Assembly: GCA_051362555.1 (NCBI GenBank)
Contig: CM120641.1
Span: forward strand, 12,586,001-12,650,000
DNA length: 64,000 nucleotides
Direction of reading: 5' to 3'
DNA from: Lingula anatina
Lineage: Eukaryota > Animalia > Brachiopoda
Shown: positions 1 through 12,300 of the stretch, piece after piece
Layout: every line of letters starts with the position of its first letter
How positions within the stretch are numbered: position 1 is the first letter of the stretch
Position numbers and translations under genes: made by a program
The notes under the pieces: generated by a model
The model's input: the letters and a program-made list of their open reading frames with translations, nothing else
Database searches by the model: none
Told to the model about the DNA's origin: nothing

Positions 1-3000
1 CTACTGCTCCTAGTGAGGAAGTACCATCTCAGGTTAAGGAGGCAGAAAAGAAATTGCCTACTGAAGCCAAAACCGAAGAACAGGTGGCCAGTGTTGAACT
101 TGAGATCACAGAGGAAACTAAGCCTGATGAGGTATCTAGTGCTCCTAGTGAGGAAGTTCCATGTGAGGTTAAGGAGGCAGAAAAGAAATTGCCTTCTGAA
201 GCCAAAACCGAAGAACAGGTGGCCAGTGTTGAACTTGAGATCACAGAGGAAACTAAGCCTGATGAGGTATCTACTGCTCCCAGAGAGGAAGTGCCATCTG
301 AGGTTAAGGAGGCAGAAAAGAAATTGCCTACTGAAGCCAAAACCGAAGAACAGGTGGCCAGTGTTGAACTTGAGATCACAGAGGAAACTAAGCCTGAGGA
401 GGTATCTACTGCTCCTAGTGAGGAAGTACCATCTGAGGTAAAGGAGGCAGAAAAGAAATTGCCTTCTGAAGCCAAAACAGAAGAACAGGTTGCCTCTATT
501 GAACTTGAGATCACCGAGGAAACTAAGCCTGAGGAGGTATCTACTGCTCCCAGTGAGGAAGTGCCATCTGAGGTTAAGGAGGCAGAAAAGAAATTGCCTA
601 CTGAAGCCAAAACCGAAGAACAGGTGGCCAGTGTTGAACTTGAGATCACAGAGGAAACTAAGCCTGAGGAGGTATCTACTGCTCCTAGTGAGGAAGTACC
701 ATCTGAGGTTAAGGAGGCAGAAAAGAAATTGCCTTCTGAAGCCAAAACTGAAGAACAGGTTGCCTCTATTGAACTTGAGATCACAGAGGAAACTAAACCT
801 GAGGAGGTATCTACTGCTCCTAGTGAGGAAGTACCATCTGAGGTAAAGGAGGCAGAAAAGAGACTTCCATCAGAAGCCAAAACAGAAGAACAGGTGGCCA
901 GTGTTGAACTTGAGATCACAGAGGAAACTAAGCCTGAGGAGGTGTCTACTGCACCTAGTGAGGAAGTACCATCTGAGGTTAAGGAAGCAGAAAAGAAATT
1001 GCCTTCTGAAGCCAAAACCGAAGAACAGGTGGCCAGTGTTGAGCTTGAGATCACAGAGGAAACTAAGCCTGATGAGGTATCTACTGCTCCTAGTGAGGAA
1101 GTACCATCTGAGGTTATGGAGGCAGAAAAGAAATTGCCTACTGAAGCCAAAACTGAAGAACAGGTGGCCAGTGTAAAACTTGAGATCACAGAGGAAACTA
1201 AGCCTGAGGAGGTATCTACTGCTCCTAGTGAGGAAGTACCATCTGAGGTTAAGGAGGCAGAAAAGAAATTGCCTACTGAAGCCAAAACCGAAGAACAGGT
1301 GGCCAGTGTTGAACTTGAGATCACAGAGGAAACTAAGCCTGAGGAGGTATCTACTGCTCCTAGTGAGGAAGTACCATCTAAGGTTAAGGAGGCAGAAAAG
1401 AAATTGCCTATTGAAGCCAAAACCGAAGAACAGGTGGCCAGTGTTAAACTTGAGATCACAGAGGAAACTAAGCCTGAGGAGGTATCTACTGCTCCCAGTG
1501 AGGAAGTGCCATCTGAGGTTAAGGATGCAGAAAAGAAATTGCCTTCTGAAGCCAAAACAGAAGAACAGGTTGCCTCTATTGAACTTGAGATCACCGAGGA
1601 AACTAAGCCTGAAGAGGTATCTACTGCTCCCAGTGAGGAAGTGCCATCTGAGGTTAAGGAGGCAGAAATGAAATTGCCTACTGAAGCCAAAACCGAAGAA
1701 CAGGTGGCCAGTGTTGAACTTGAGATCACAGAGGAAACTAAGCCTGATGAGGTATCTACTGCTCCTAGTGAGGAAGTACCATCTGAGGTTAAGGAGGCAG
1801 AAAAGAAATTGCCTACTGAAGCCAAAACCGAAGAACAGGTGGCCAGTGTTGAACTTGAGATCACAGAGGAAACTAAGCCTGATGAGGTATCTACTGCTCC
1901 TAGTGAGGAAGTACCATCTGAGGTTAAGGAGGCAGAAAAGAAATTGCCTACTGAAGCCAAAACCGAAGAACAGGTGGCCAGTGTTGAACTTGAGATCACA
2001 GAGGAAACTAAGCCTGAGGAGGTATCTACTGCTCCTAGTGAGGAAGTACCATCTGAGGTTAAGGATGCAGAAAAGAAATTGCCTTCTGAAGCCAAAACAG
2101 AAGAACAGGTGGCCAGTGTTGAACTTGAGATCATAAAGGAAACAAAGCCTGAGGAGGTATCTACTGCTCCTAGTGAGGAAGTACCATCTGAGGTTAAGGA
2201 GGCAGAAAAGAGACTTCCATCAGAAGCTAAAACAGAAGAACAGGTTGCCTCTATTGAACTTGAGATCACCGAGGAAACTAAGCCTGAGGAGGTATCTACT
2301 GCTCCTAGTGAGGAAGTACCATCTGAGGTTAAGGAGGCAGAAAAGAGACTTCCATCAGAAGCTAAAACAGAAGAACAGGTTGCCTCTATTGAACTTGAGA
2401 TCACCGAGGAAACTAAGCCTGAGGAGGTATCTACTGCTCCCAGTGAGGAAGTGCCATCTGAGGTTAAGGAGGCAGAAAAGAAATTGCCTTCTGAAGCCAA
2501 AACCGAAGAACAGGTGGCCAGTGTTGAACTTGAGATCACAGAGGAAACTAAGCCTGAGGAGGTATCTACTGCTCCCAGTGAGGAAGTACCATCTGAGGTT
2601 AAGGAGGCAGAAAAGAAATTGCCTACTGAAGCCAAAACCGAAGAACAGGTGGCCAGTGTTGAACTTGAGATCACAGAGGAAACTAAGCCTGATGAGGTAT
2701 CTACTGCTCCTAGTGAGGAAGTACCATCTGAGGTTAAGGAGGCAGAAAAGAAATTGCCTACTGAAGCCAAAACCGAAGAACAGGTGGCCAGTGTTGAACT
2801 TGAGATCACAGAGGAAACTAAGCCTGAGGAGGTATCTACTGCTCCTAGTGAGGAAGTACCATCTGAGGTTAAGGAGGCAAAAAAGAAATTGCCTACTGAA
2901 GCCAAAACCGAAGAACAGGTGGCCAGTGTTGAACTTGAGATCACAGAGGAAACTAAGCCTGAGGAGGTATCTACTGCTCCTAGTGAGGAAGTACCATCTG

Positions 3001-3340
3001 AGGTTAAGGAGGCAGAAAAGAAATTGCCTACTGAAGCCAAAACCGAAGAACAGGTGGCCAGTGTTGAACTTGAGATCATAAAGGAAACAAAGCCTGAGGA
3101 GGTATCTACTGCTCCTATTGAGGAAGTACCATCTGAGGTTAAGGAGGCAGAAAAGAAATTGCCTTCTGAAGCCAAAACAGAAGAACAGGTTGCCTCTATT
3201 GAACTTGAGATCACAGAGGAAACAAAGCCTAGAGAGGTATCTACTGTACCTAGTGAGGAGGTACCCTCTGAAATTAAGGAGGCTGAAAAGAAACTTCCAT
3301 CAGAGACAAAAACTGAAGAGCAAGCAGAAGTTGTCCAACT
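1..3340 (+). repeat. Coding tandem repeat, 135-bp/45-aa unit (EEVSTAPSEEVPSEVKEAEKKLPTEAKTEEQVASVELEITEETKP), about 25 copies, truncated by the window start
   Basis: The ctactgctcc motif recurs every 135 nt from 1 to 3241; near-identical copies. Confidence 0.97.
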
Positions 3341-6300
3341 TGAGATTTCAGAGAAGGTAGCTGCAGAAGCTGAAGTTATACAACCAGAAGAAGAAATTTC
3401 TGAAACTCCACAAGTTGAAAAAGAAGCACCCTCAGTCTCAAGAGCTGAAATTCAAATGGCCAAGGTTGTTTCAGAAACAACAAAGGAAGTGCAACCAAAA
3501 GATACAGTTACAATTCCTGTGGAAGAAATTCCATCTGAAGTTAAGGAGGCAGAAAAGGAATTGCCTTCTGAAGTTTGTAAGGTTATTGAGATAGGGGAGG
3601 TCAAAGGTGAGGTTCCAACATTCATATCTGAGTTACAAGATTTAAGGGTAAAAGATGGACAGCCTGTAAGGTTTGTGTGTGTTGTGTCAGGTAAACCTAA
3701 CCAAGTGACATGGTATTTAGATAGGGCTGAGATTACAGATGATGAGGTTTATGTGATATCACGTAGTGATGAGGGAGTGTGTGAACTTTTTATTGAGGAA
3801 TGTTTTCCTGAGGATGAGGGTGAGTACATGGTAAGAGTAGTTAATGAATATGGAGAGGCTACCTCTTTGGCTCATTTGATAGTTGAAAGGGCTGAGTTAG
3901 ATTTTGGGATCATAAAAGATGAAACAGATGTCACCCCAGCTGAAGGAGTCCCTATGATAATTATTGAAGAAGCCCCTGACCAACCAATTGATACCCTCGA
4001 AGAAGCATTGGAAGATGCTTTAGAAGAAGAAATCTGCATACCAGATGTTGGAACTAAGGAAGAGGAGGAGTTGGCTATCACTGCTGAAAGAGATAGGTGG
4101 CCTGATGATGATGAAACAACAGAGGAGGATAGGTGGCCTGACACCTCACATGAACCTGGAAAAGAAAAACAGTTTTCTGAAAGACTAGATATTGATGTGC
4201 AGAAAACACAGCATGAGGATGAAGATGTTGACACCAGTGGAAAAGTAGAAATTGAAGTTGATATTGCAGGTAAAGGTCCATCTGCAATTCAACTGATTGT
4301 TTCAAAATCAGAAGGTCCCCAAATTTCCCAAGTAACTAAAGAAATCGAAAAGAAATCTGTAACTGAGACCTTAGATATGGCCACTCCCTATGACGAAAAA
4401 GTAGATTCAGTGAAGCCTGCAGGTAGAACTTTGCCTTTAGGAAGTAAAGAAAAACCAGATGAAATTGAAACTGATATATTACCTACCCTAGCTTCCACAA
4501 AACCACAGGCACCAAAGTTTGTAACAACATTGTCCCATATAACATTCAAACCAAGGCAACAAGTTCGCTTTCAGTGTCAAGTCATTGGATCACCCAAAAT
4601 AAGGGTCACTTGGTATCTTGATGAAGAGGTAATTGAAGAAAGGGAAGATATTGAAATATCTTTCACAGAACAAGGCATTTGTACACTAATCATTAAGGAG
4701 GCACACCCTGAAGATCAGGGTGAATATATGTGCAGGGCAGTCAACGATTATGGTGAGGATGTGACCAGGGCACTTTTGACCCTCTCAGAGGACACAATTA
4801 CAGAAGAGGAAGAGATCTATACTTATGAAGAAGAGATCATAGAAAAGGAGTTCTATGAATTGCCTCCTGAGGAGGAGGTTCTCCCATTTGAATCATCTGA
4901 GAAAATAATCACTGCATACACATGTGTGAGTCCTACTGAGGATGTGGGGCCTTTATTTGAGAAGAAAGACTTCATAACTCAGAGTGTGAGCCGCACTGTT
5001 ATGCAGTTCATGTATGCTAGGTTGGACTGGCCACAGGAGCATGTATTAGAGGAAACTACCCTGCTTGCTGTAGAAGAGGTAGGGCCTCTTGTCTTGGAGA
5101 ATAGGCGTATTGGTACTAGCATTCCTTCAAGGGCACCACTGCAGTTCTTACACACTACAGAGTATACTCATGAAATTGATGAGACATATACTCATCTTAG
5201 TGAAATCAAACCTGAAGAGGAAAAAGAATCCGTAACAACAGCAACAGTGCCAAAACCACAAGAAAAATCTCCAGCTGACATTGAAGACACACCTGTTGAA
5301 GACGTCACAATAGTACATCCAACAATGGGTGAAGAAGGTGTACCCTTGATGGAAAAAGCTGAAGAAAAAGAGGCTGTGGCACCCAGATTTGTGGAGTCTT
5401 TAAAAGACTTAAAAGCAAAGCCCGGACAACCTGTAGAGTTTGAAGTGCAGATTATAGGGATACCAAAAGAAGTCACCTGGTTCTTAGATGAGGAAGAGAT
5501 AGAGGAGAGTGAGACAATTGAAGTAACTACCAAAGATGACACTTCAAAACTAACAATCCATGAGGTAACTTCAGAAGACGAAGGGGAATACATGTGTAAA
5601 GTGGTGAATGATTATGGTGAAAATACCACGACAGCTTATCTCACGGTCACAGAAGAAGAAATTGAGTCTGAGCATGAGGAAATAGTTACTGATATTACTG
5701 AATCCAAAGTAACTGAAGATACAATAGAGGAGATACATGAAGAATTACATATATCTGAAATGGAAGAGGATGTCCCATGTGTGTCAGAATACCCTTTAGA
5801 AGAGTCTTCTGAGAAAAAGATCCCTACCACTAGTGAGATGGAAACTACCTACAGTGAGGAAATCAGCCTTGATATTCCTGGCAAACCAGAGAAGTTGCTT
5901 CCACTACAAGGGATTGAAATTGAGATACCCAAAGCAAGAGTAGAAGAAATAATGGCTGAAAAAACACAAAAAGAATTGAAGCCAACAAAAGAAATCACTG
6001 CTATTACAGTAGAAGTCTCTGGTGAAAAGCCCGGTGAACTGCTACCTCTAGAAGAAATAGAAATTGAGATACCAAAGGAGAGAGAACAGGAAATTGTTCA
6101 TGAAAAACCAGACATAGAGGAAAAGCCTGTCAAACAACCAACAGTTGTGACAGAGGATGTGGTTGAAAAGAAACCAGGACAATCTCCAAGATTTGTAACA
6201 CATCTCAGCACTGTGACTGCAGAACTGGGTCAACCTGTAACTCTTACATGCAAAGTGGCTGGACAACCCAAAGAAGTCATTTGGCTTCTGGATGAAGAAG

Positions 6301-9300
6301 AAATTGTAGAAAATGAAGATGTAGAAGTGACAAGAACAGATGAAGGTGTCTGCAGACTTACACTGCATGCCGTGCACCCCGAAGATCAAGGGGAATATGT
6401 GTGCAGGGCTGTGAATGAATTTGGAACAGATGAGACCAGAGCTTACATCACAGTGGTAGAAGAGGATATCCCAGAGGTTGAAATTATAGAGGTCACAACT
6501 GACACTAGAGAAGAGGTAAAAGTTGAAGATGTGCCAGAAGAAGAAGCGTTTCCGGAGAAGCCACAAAAAGAGGAAAGGCCAACAAGAGAAACCACTGCTC
6601 TTACAGTGGACGTCCCTGGTGAAAAGCCAGATGAACTATTACCTGTACAAGAAATAGAAATTGAGATACCCAAGGAAAAAGAACAGGAAATCATTCCTGA
6701 AAAACCTGAGTTTATTGAAAAACCAACAAGAGAAACCACTGGTATTACAGTGGATGTCCCTGGTGAAAAGCCAGATGAACTGTTACCTGTACAAGAAATA
6801 GAAATTGAGATACCCAAGGAAAAAGAACAGGAAATCATTCCCGAAAAACCTGAGTTTATTGAAAAACCAACAAGAGAAACCACTGGTATTACAGTAGAAA
6901 TCTGTGGTGAAAAGCCCGGTGAACTGCTACCTCTAGAAGAAATAGAAATTGAGATACCAAAGGAGAAAGAACAGGAAATTGTTCATGAAAAACCAGACAT
7001 AGAGGAAAAACCTGTCAAACAACCAACAGTTGTGACAGAGGATGTGGTTGAAAAGAAACCAGGACAATCTCCAAGATTTGTTACACATCTCAGCACTGTG
7101 ACTGCAGAACTGGGTCAACCTGTAACTCTTACATGCAAAGTGGCTGGACAACCCAAAGAAGTCATTTGGCTTCTGGATGAAGAAGAAATTGTAGAAAATG
7201 AAGATGTAGAAGTGACAAGAACAGATGAAGGTGTCTGCAGACTTACACTGCATGCCGTGCACCCCGAAGATCAAGGGGAATATGTGTGCAGGGCTGTGAA
7301 TGAATTTGGAACAGATGAGACCAGAGCTTACATCATAGTGGTGGAAGAGGATATCCCAGAGGTTGAAATTATAGAGGTCACAACTGACACTAGAGAAGAG
7401 GTAAAAGTTGAAGATGTGCCAGAAGAAGAAGCATTTCCGGAGAAGCCACAAAAAGAGGAAAGGCCAACAAGAGAAACCACTGCTCTTACAGTGGATGTCC
7501 CTGGTGAAAAGCCAGATGAACTGTTACCTGTACAAGAAATAGAAATTGAGATACCCAAGGAAAAAGAACAGGAAATCATTCCCGAAAAACCTGAGTTTAT
7601 TGAAAAACCAACAAGAGAAACCACTGGTATTACAGTGGAAATCTGTGGTGAAAAGCCCGGTGAACTGCTACCTCTAGAAGAAATAGAAATTGAGATACCA
7701 AAGGAGAAAGAACAGGAAATTGTTCATGAAAAACCAGACATAGAGGAAAAACCTGTCAAACAACCAACAGTTGTGACAGAGGATGTGGTTGAAAAGAAAC
7801 CAGGACAATCTCCAAGATTTGTAACACATCTCAGCACTGTGACTGCAGAACTGGGTCAACCTGTAACTCTTACATGCAAAGTGGCTGGACAACCCAAAGA
7901 AGTCATTTGGCTTCTGGATGAAGAAGAAATTGTAGAAAATGAAGATGTAGAAGTGACAAGAACAGATGAAGGTGTCTGCAGACTTACACTGCATGCCGTG
8001 CACCCCGAAGATCAAGGGGAATATGTGTGCAGGGCTGTGAATGAATTTGGAACAGATGAGACCAGAGCTTACATCATAGTGGTGGAAGAGGATATCCCAG
8101 AGGTTGAAATTATAGAGGTCACAACTGACACTAGAGAAGAGGTAAAAGTTGAAGATGTGCCAGAAGAAGAAGCATTTCCGGAGAAGCCACAAAAAGAGGA
8201 AAGGCCAACAAGGGAAACTGCTCTTACAGTGGACGTCCCTGGTGAAAAGCCAGATGAACTATTACCTGTACAAGAAAAAGAAATTGAGATACCCAAGGAA
8301 AAAGAACAGGAAATCATTCCTGAAAAACCTGAGTTTATTGAAAAACCAACAAGAGAAACCACTGGTATTACAGTGGAAATCTGTGGTGAAAAGCCCGGTG
8401 AACTGCTACCTCTAGAAGAAATAGAAATTGAGATACCAAAGGAGAAAGAACAGGAAATTGTTCATGAAAAACCAGACATAGAGGAAAAGCCTGTCAAACA
8501 ACCAACAGTTGTGACAGAGGATGTGGTTGAAAAGAAACCAGGACAATCTCCAAGATTTGTAACACATCTCAGCACTGTGACTGCAGAACTGGGTCAACCT
8601 GTAACTCTTACATGCAAAGTGGCTGGACAACCCAAAGAAGTCATTTGGCTTCTGGATGAAGAAGAAATTGTAGAAAATGAAGATGTAGAAGTGACAAGAA
8701 CAGATGAAGGTGTCTGCAGACTTACACTGCATGCCGTGCACCCCGAAGATCAAGGGGAATATGTGTGCAGGGCTGTGAATGAATTTGGAACAGATGAGAC
8801 CAGAGCTTACATCACAGTGGTAGAAGAGGATATCCCAGAGGTTGAAATTATAGAGGTCACAACTGACACTAGAGAAGAGGTAAAAGTTGAAGATGTGCCA
8901 GAAGAAGAAGCGTTTCCGGAGAAGCCACAAAAAGAGGAAAGGCCAACAAGAGAAACCACTGCTCTTACAGTGGACGTCCCTGGTGAAAAGCCAGATGAAC
9001 TATTACCTGTACAAGAAATAGAAATTGAGATACCCAAGGAAAAAGAACAGGAAATCATTCCTGAAAAACCTGAGTTTATTGAAAAACCAACAAGAGAAAC
9101 CACTGGTATTACAGTGGATGTCCCTGGTGAAAAGCCAGATGAACTGTTACCTGTACAAGAAATAGAAATTGAGATACCCAAGGAAAAAGAACAGGAAATC
9201 ATTCCCGAAAAACCTGAGTTTATTGAAAAACCAACAAGAGAAACCACTGGTATTACAGTAGAAATCTGTGGTGAAAAGCCCGGTGAACTGCTACCTCTAG

Positions 9301-12300
9301 AAGAAATAGAAATTGAGATACCAAAGGAGAAAGAACAGGAAATTGTTCATGAAAAACCAGACATAGAGGAAAAACCTGTCAAACAACCAACAGTTGTGAC
9401 AGAGGATGTGGTTGAAAAGAAACCAGGACAATCTCCAAGATTTGTTACACATCTCAGCACTGTGACTGCAGAACTGGGTCAACCTGTAACTCTTACATGC
9501 AAAGTGGCTGGACAACCCAAAGAAGTCATTTGGCTTCTGGATGAAGAAGAAATTGTAGAAAATGAAGATGTAGAAGTGACAAGAACAGATGAAGGTGTCT
9601 GCAGACTTACACTGCATGCCGTGCACCCCGAAGATCAAGGGGAATATGTGTGCAGGGCTGTGAATGAATTTGGAACAGATGAGACCAGAGCTTACATCAT
9701 AGTGGTGGAAGAGGATATCCCAGAGGTTGAAATTATAGAGGTCACAACTGACACTAGAGAAGAGGTAAAAGTTGAAGATGTGCCAGAAGAAGAAGCATTT
9801 CCGGAGAAGCCACAAAAAGAGGAAAGGCCAACAAGAGAAACCACTGCTCTTACAGTGGATGTCCCTGGTGAAAAGCCAGATGAACTGTTACCTGTACAAG
9901 AAATAGAAATTGAGATACCCAAGGAAAAAGAACAGGAAATCATTCCCGAAAAACCTGAGTTTATTGAAAAACCAACAAGAGAAACCACTGGTATTACAGT
10001 AGAAATCTGTGGTGAAAAGCCCGGTGAACTGCTACCTCTAGAAGAAATAGAAATTGAGATACCAAAGGGGAAAGAACAGGAAATTGTTCATGAAAAACCA
10101 GACATAGAGGAAAAACCTGTCAAACAACCAACAGTTGTGACAGAGGATGTGGTTGAAAAGAAACCAGGACAATCTCCAAGATTTGTAACACATCTCAGCA
10201 CTGTGACTGCAGAACTGGGTCAACCTGTAACTCTTACATGCAAAGTGGCTGGACAACCCAAAGAAGTCATTTGGCTTCTGGATGAAGAAGAAATTGTAGA
10301 AAATGAAGATGTAGAAGTGACAAGAACAGATGAAGGTGTCTGCAGACTTACACTGCATGCCGTGCACCCCGAAGATCAAGGGGAATATGTGTGCAGGGCT
10401 GTGAATGAATTTGGAACAGATGAGACCAGAGCTTACATCATAGTGGTGGAAGAGGATATCCCAGAGGTTGAAATTATAGAGGTCACAACTGACACTAGAG
10501 AAGAGGTAAAAGTTGAAGATGTGCCAGAAGAAGAAGCATTTCCGGAGAAGCCACAAAAAGAGGAAAGGCCAACAAGGGAAACTGCTCTTACAGTGGACGT
10601 CCCTGGTGAAAAGCCAGATGAACTATTACCTGTACAAGAAATAGAAATTGAGATACCCAAGGAAAAAGAACAGGAAATCATTCCTGAAAAACCTGAGTTT
10701 ATTGAAAAACCAACAAGAGAAACCACTGGTATTACAGTGGATGTCCCTGGTGAAAAGCCAGATGAACTGTTACCTGTACAAGAAATAGAAATTGAGATAC
10801 CCAAGGAAAAAGAACAGGAAATCATTCCCGAAAAACCTGAGTTTATTGAAAAACCAACAAGAGAAACCACTGGTATTACAGTAGAAATCTGTGGTGAAAA
10901 GCCCGGTGAACTGCTACCTCTAGAAGAAATAGAAATTGAGATACCAAAGGAGAAAGAACAGGAAATTGTTCATGAAAAACCAGACATAGAGGAAAAACCT
11001 GTCAAACAACCAACAGTTGTGACAGAGGATGTGGTTGAAAAGAAACCAGGACAATCTCCAAGATTTGTTACACATCTCAGCACTGTGACTGCAGAACTGG
11101 GTCAACCTGTAACTCTTACATGCAAAGTGGCTGGACAACCCAAAGAAGTCATTTGGCTTCTGGATGAAGAAGAAATTGTAGAAAATGAAGATGTAGAAGT
11201 GACAAGAACAGATGAAGGTGTCTGCAGACTTACACTGCATGCCGTGCACCCCGAAGATCAAGGGGAATATGTGTGCAGGGCTGTGAATGAATTTGGAACA
11301 GATGAGACCAGAGCTTACATCATAGTGGTGGAAGAGGATATCCCAGAGGTTGAAATTATAGAGGTCACAACTGACACTAGAGAAGAGGTAAAAGTTGAAG
11401 ATGTGCCAGAAGAAGAAGCATTTCCGGAGAAGCCACAAAAAGAGGAAAGGCCAACAAGAGAAACCACTGCTCTTACAGTGGATGTCCCTGGTGAAAAGCC
11501 AGATGAACTGTTACCTGTACAAGAAATAGAAATTGAGATACCCAAGGAAAAAGAACAGGAAATCATTCCCGAAAAACCTGAGTTTATTGAAAAACCAACA
11601 AGAGAAACCACTGGTATTACAGTAGAAATCTGTGGTGAAAAGCCCGGTGAACTGCTACCTCTAGAAGAAATAGAAATTGAGATACCAAAGGGGAAAGAAC
11701 AGGAAATTGTTCATGAAAAACCAGACATAGAGGAAAAACCTGTCAAACAACCAACAGTTGTGACAGAGGATGTGGTTGAAAAGAAACCAGGACAATCTCC
11801 AAGATTTGTAACACATCTCAGCACTGTGACTGCAGAACTGGGTCAACCTGTAACTCTTACATGCAAAGTGGCTGGACAACCCAAAGAAGTCATTTGGCTT
11901 CTGGATGAAGAAGAAATTGTAGAAAATGAAGATGTAGAAGTGACAAGAACAGATGAAGGTGTCTGCAGACTTACACTGCATGCCGTGCACCCCGAAGATC
12001 AAGGGGAATATGTGTGCAGGGCTGTGAATGAATTTGGAACAGATGAGACCAGAGCTTACATCATAGTGGTGGAAGAGGATATCCCAGAGGTTGAAATTAT
12101 AGAGGTCACAACTGACACTAGAGAAGAGGTAAAAGTTGAAGATGTGCCAGAAGAAGAAGCATTTCCGGAGAAGCCACAAAAAGAGGAAAGGCCAACAAGG
12201 GAAACTGCTCTTACAGTGGACGTCCCTGGTGAAAAGCCAGATGAACTATTACCTGTACAAGAAAAAGAAATTGAGATACCCAAGGAAAAAGAACAGGAAA

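Noticed and set aside
29-3214. 1061-aa Ser-rich ORF on the minus strand
   Set aside because: Antisense shadow of the Glu-rich 135-bp coding repeat; a single stop-free unit is simply propagated.
1-3340. CRISPR-like or non-coding satellite interpretation of the array
   Set aside because: No unique spacers; the units are in-frame coding sequence of a spliceosomal gene.
13-3360. Arg/Lys/Leu-rich ORFs in an alternative + frame
   Set aside because: Off-frame readings of the same tandem repeat.
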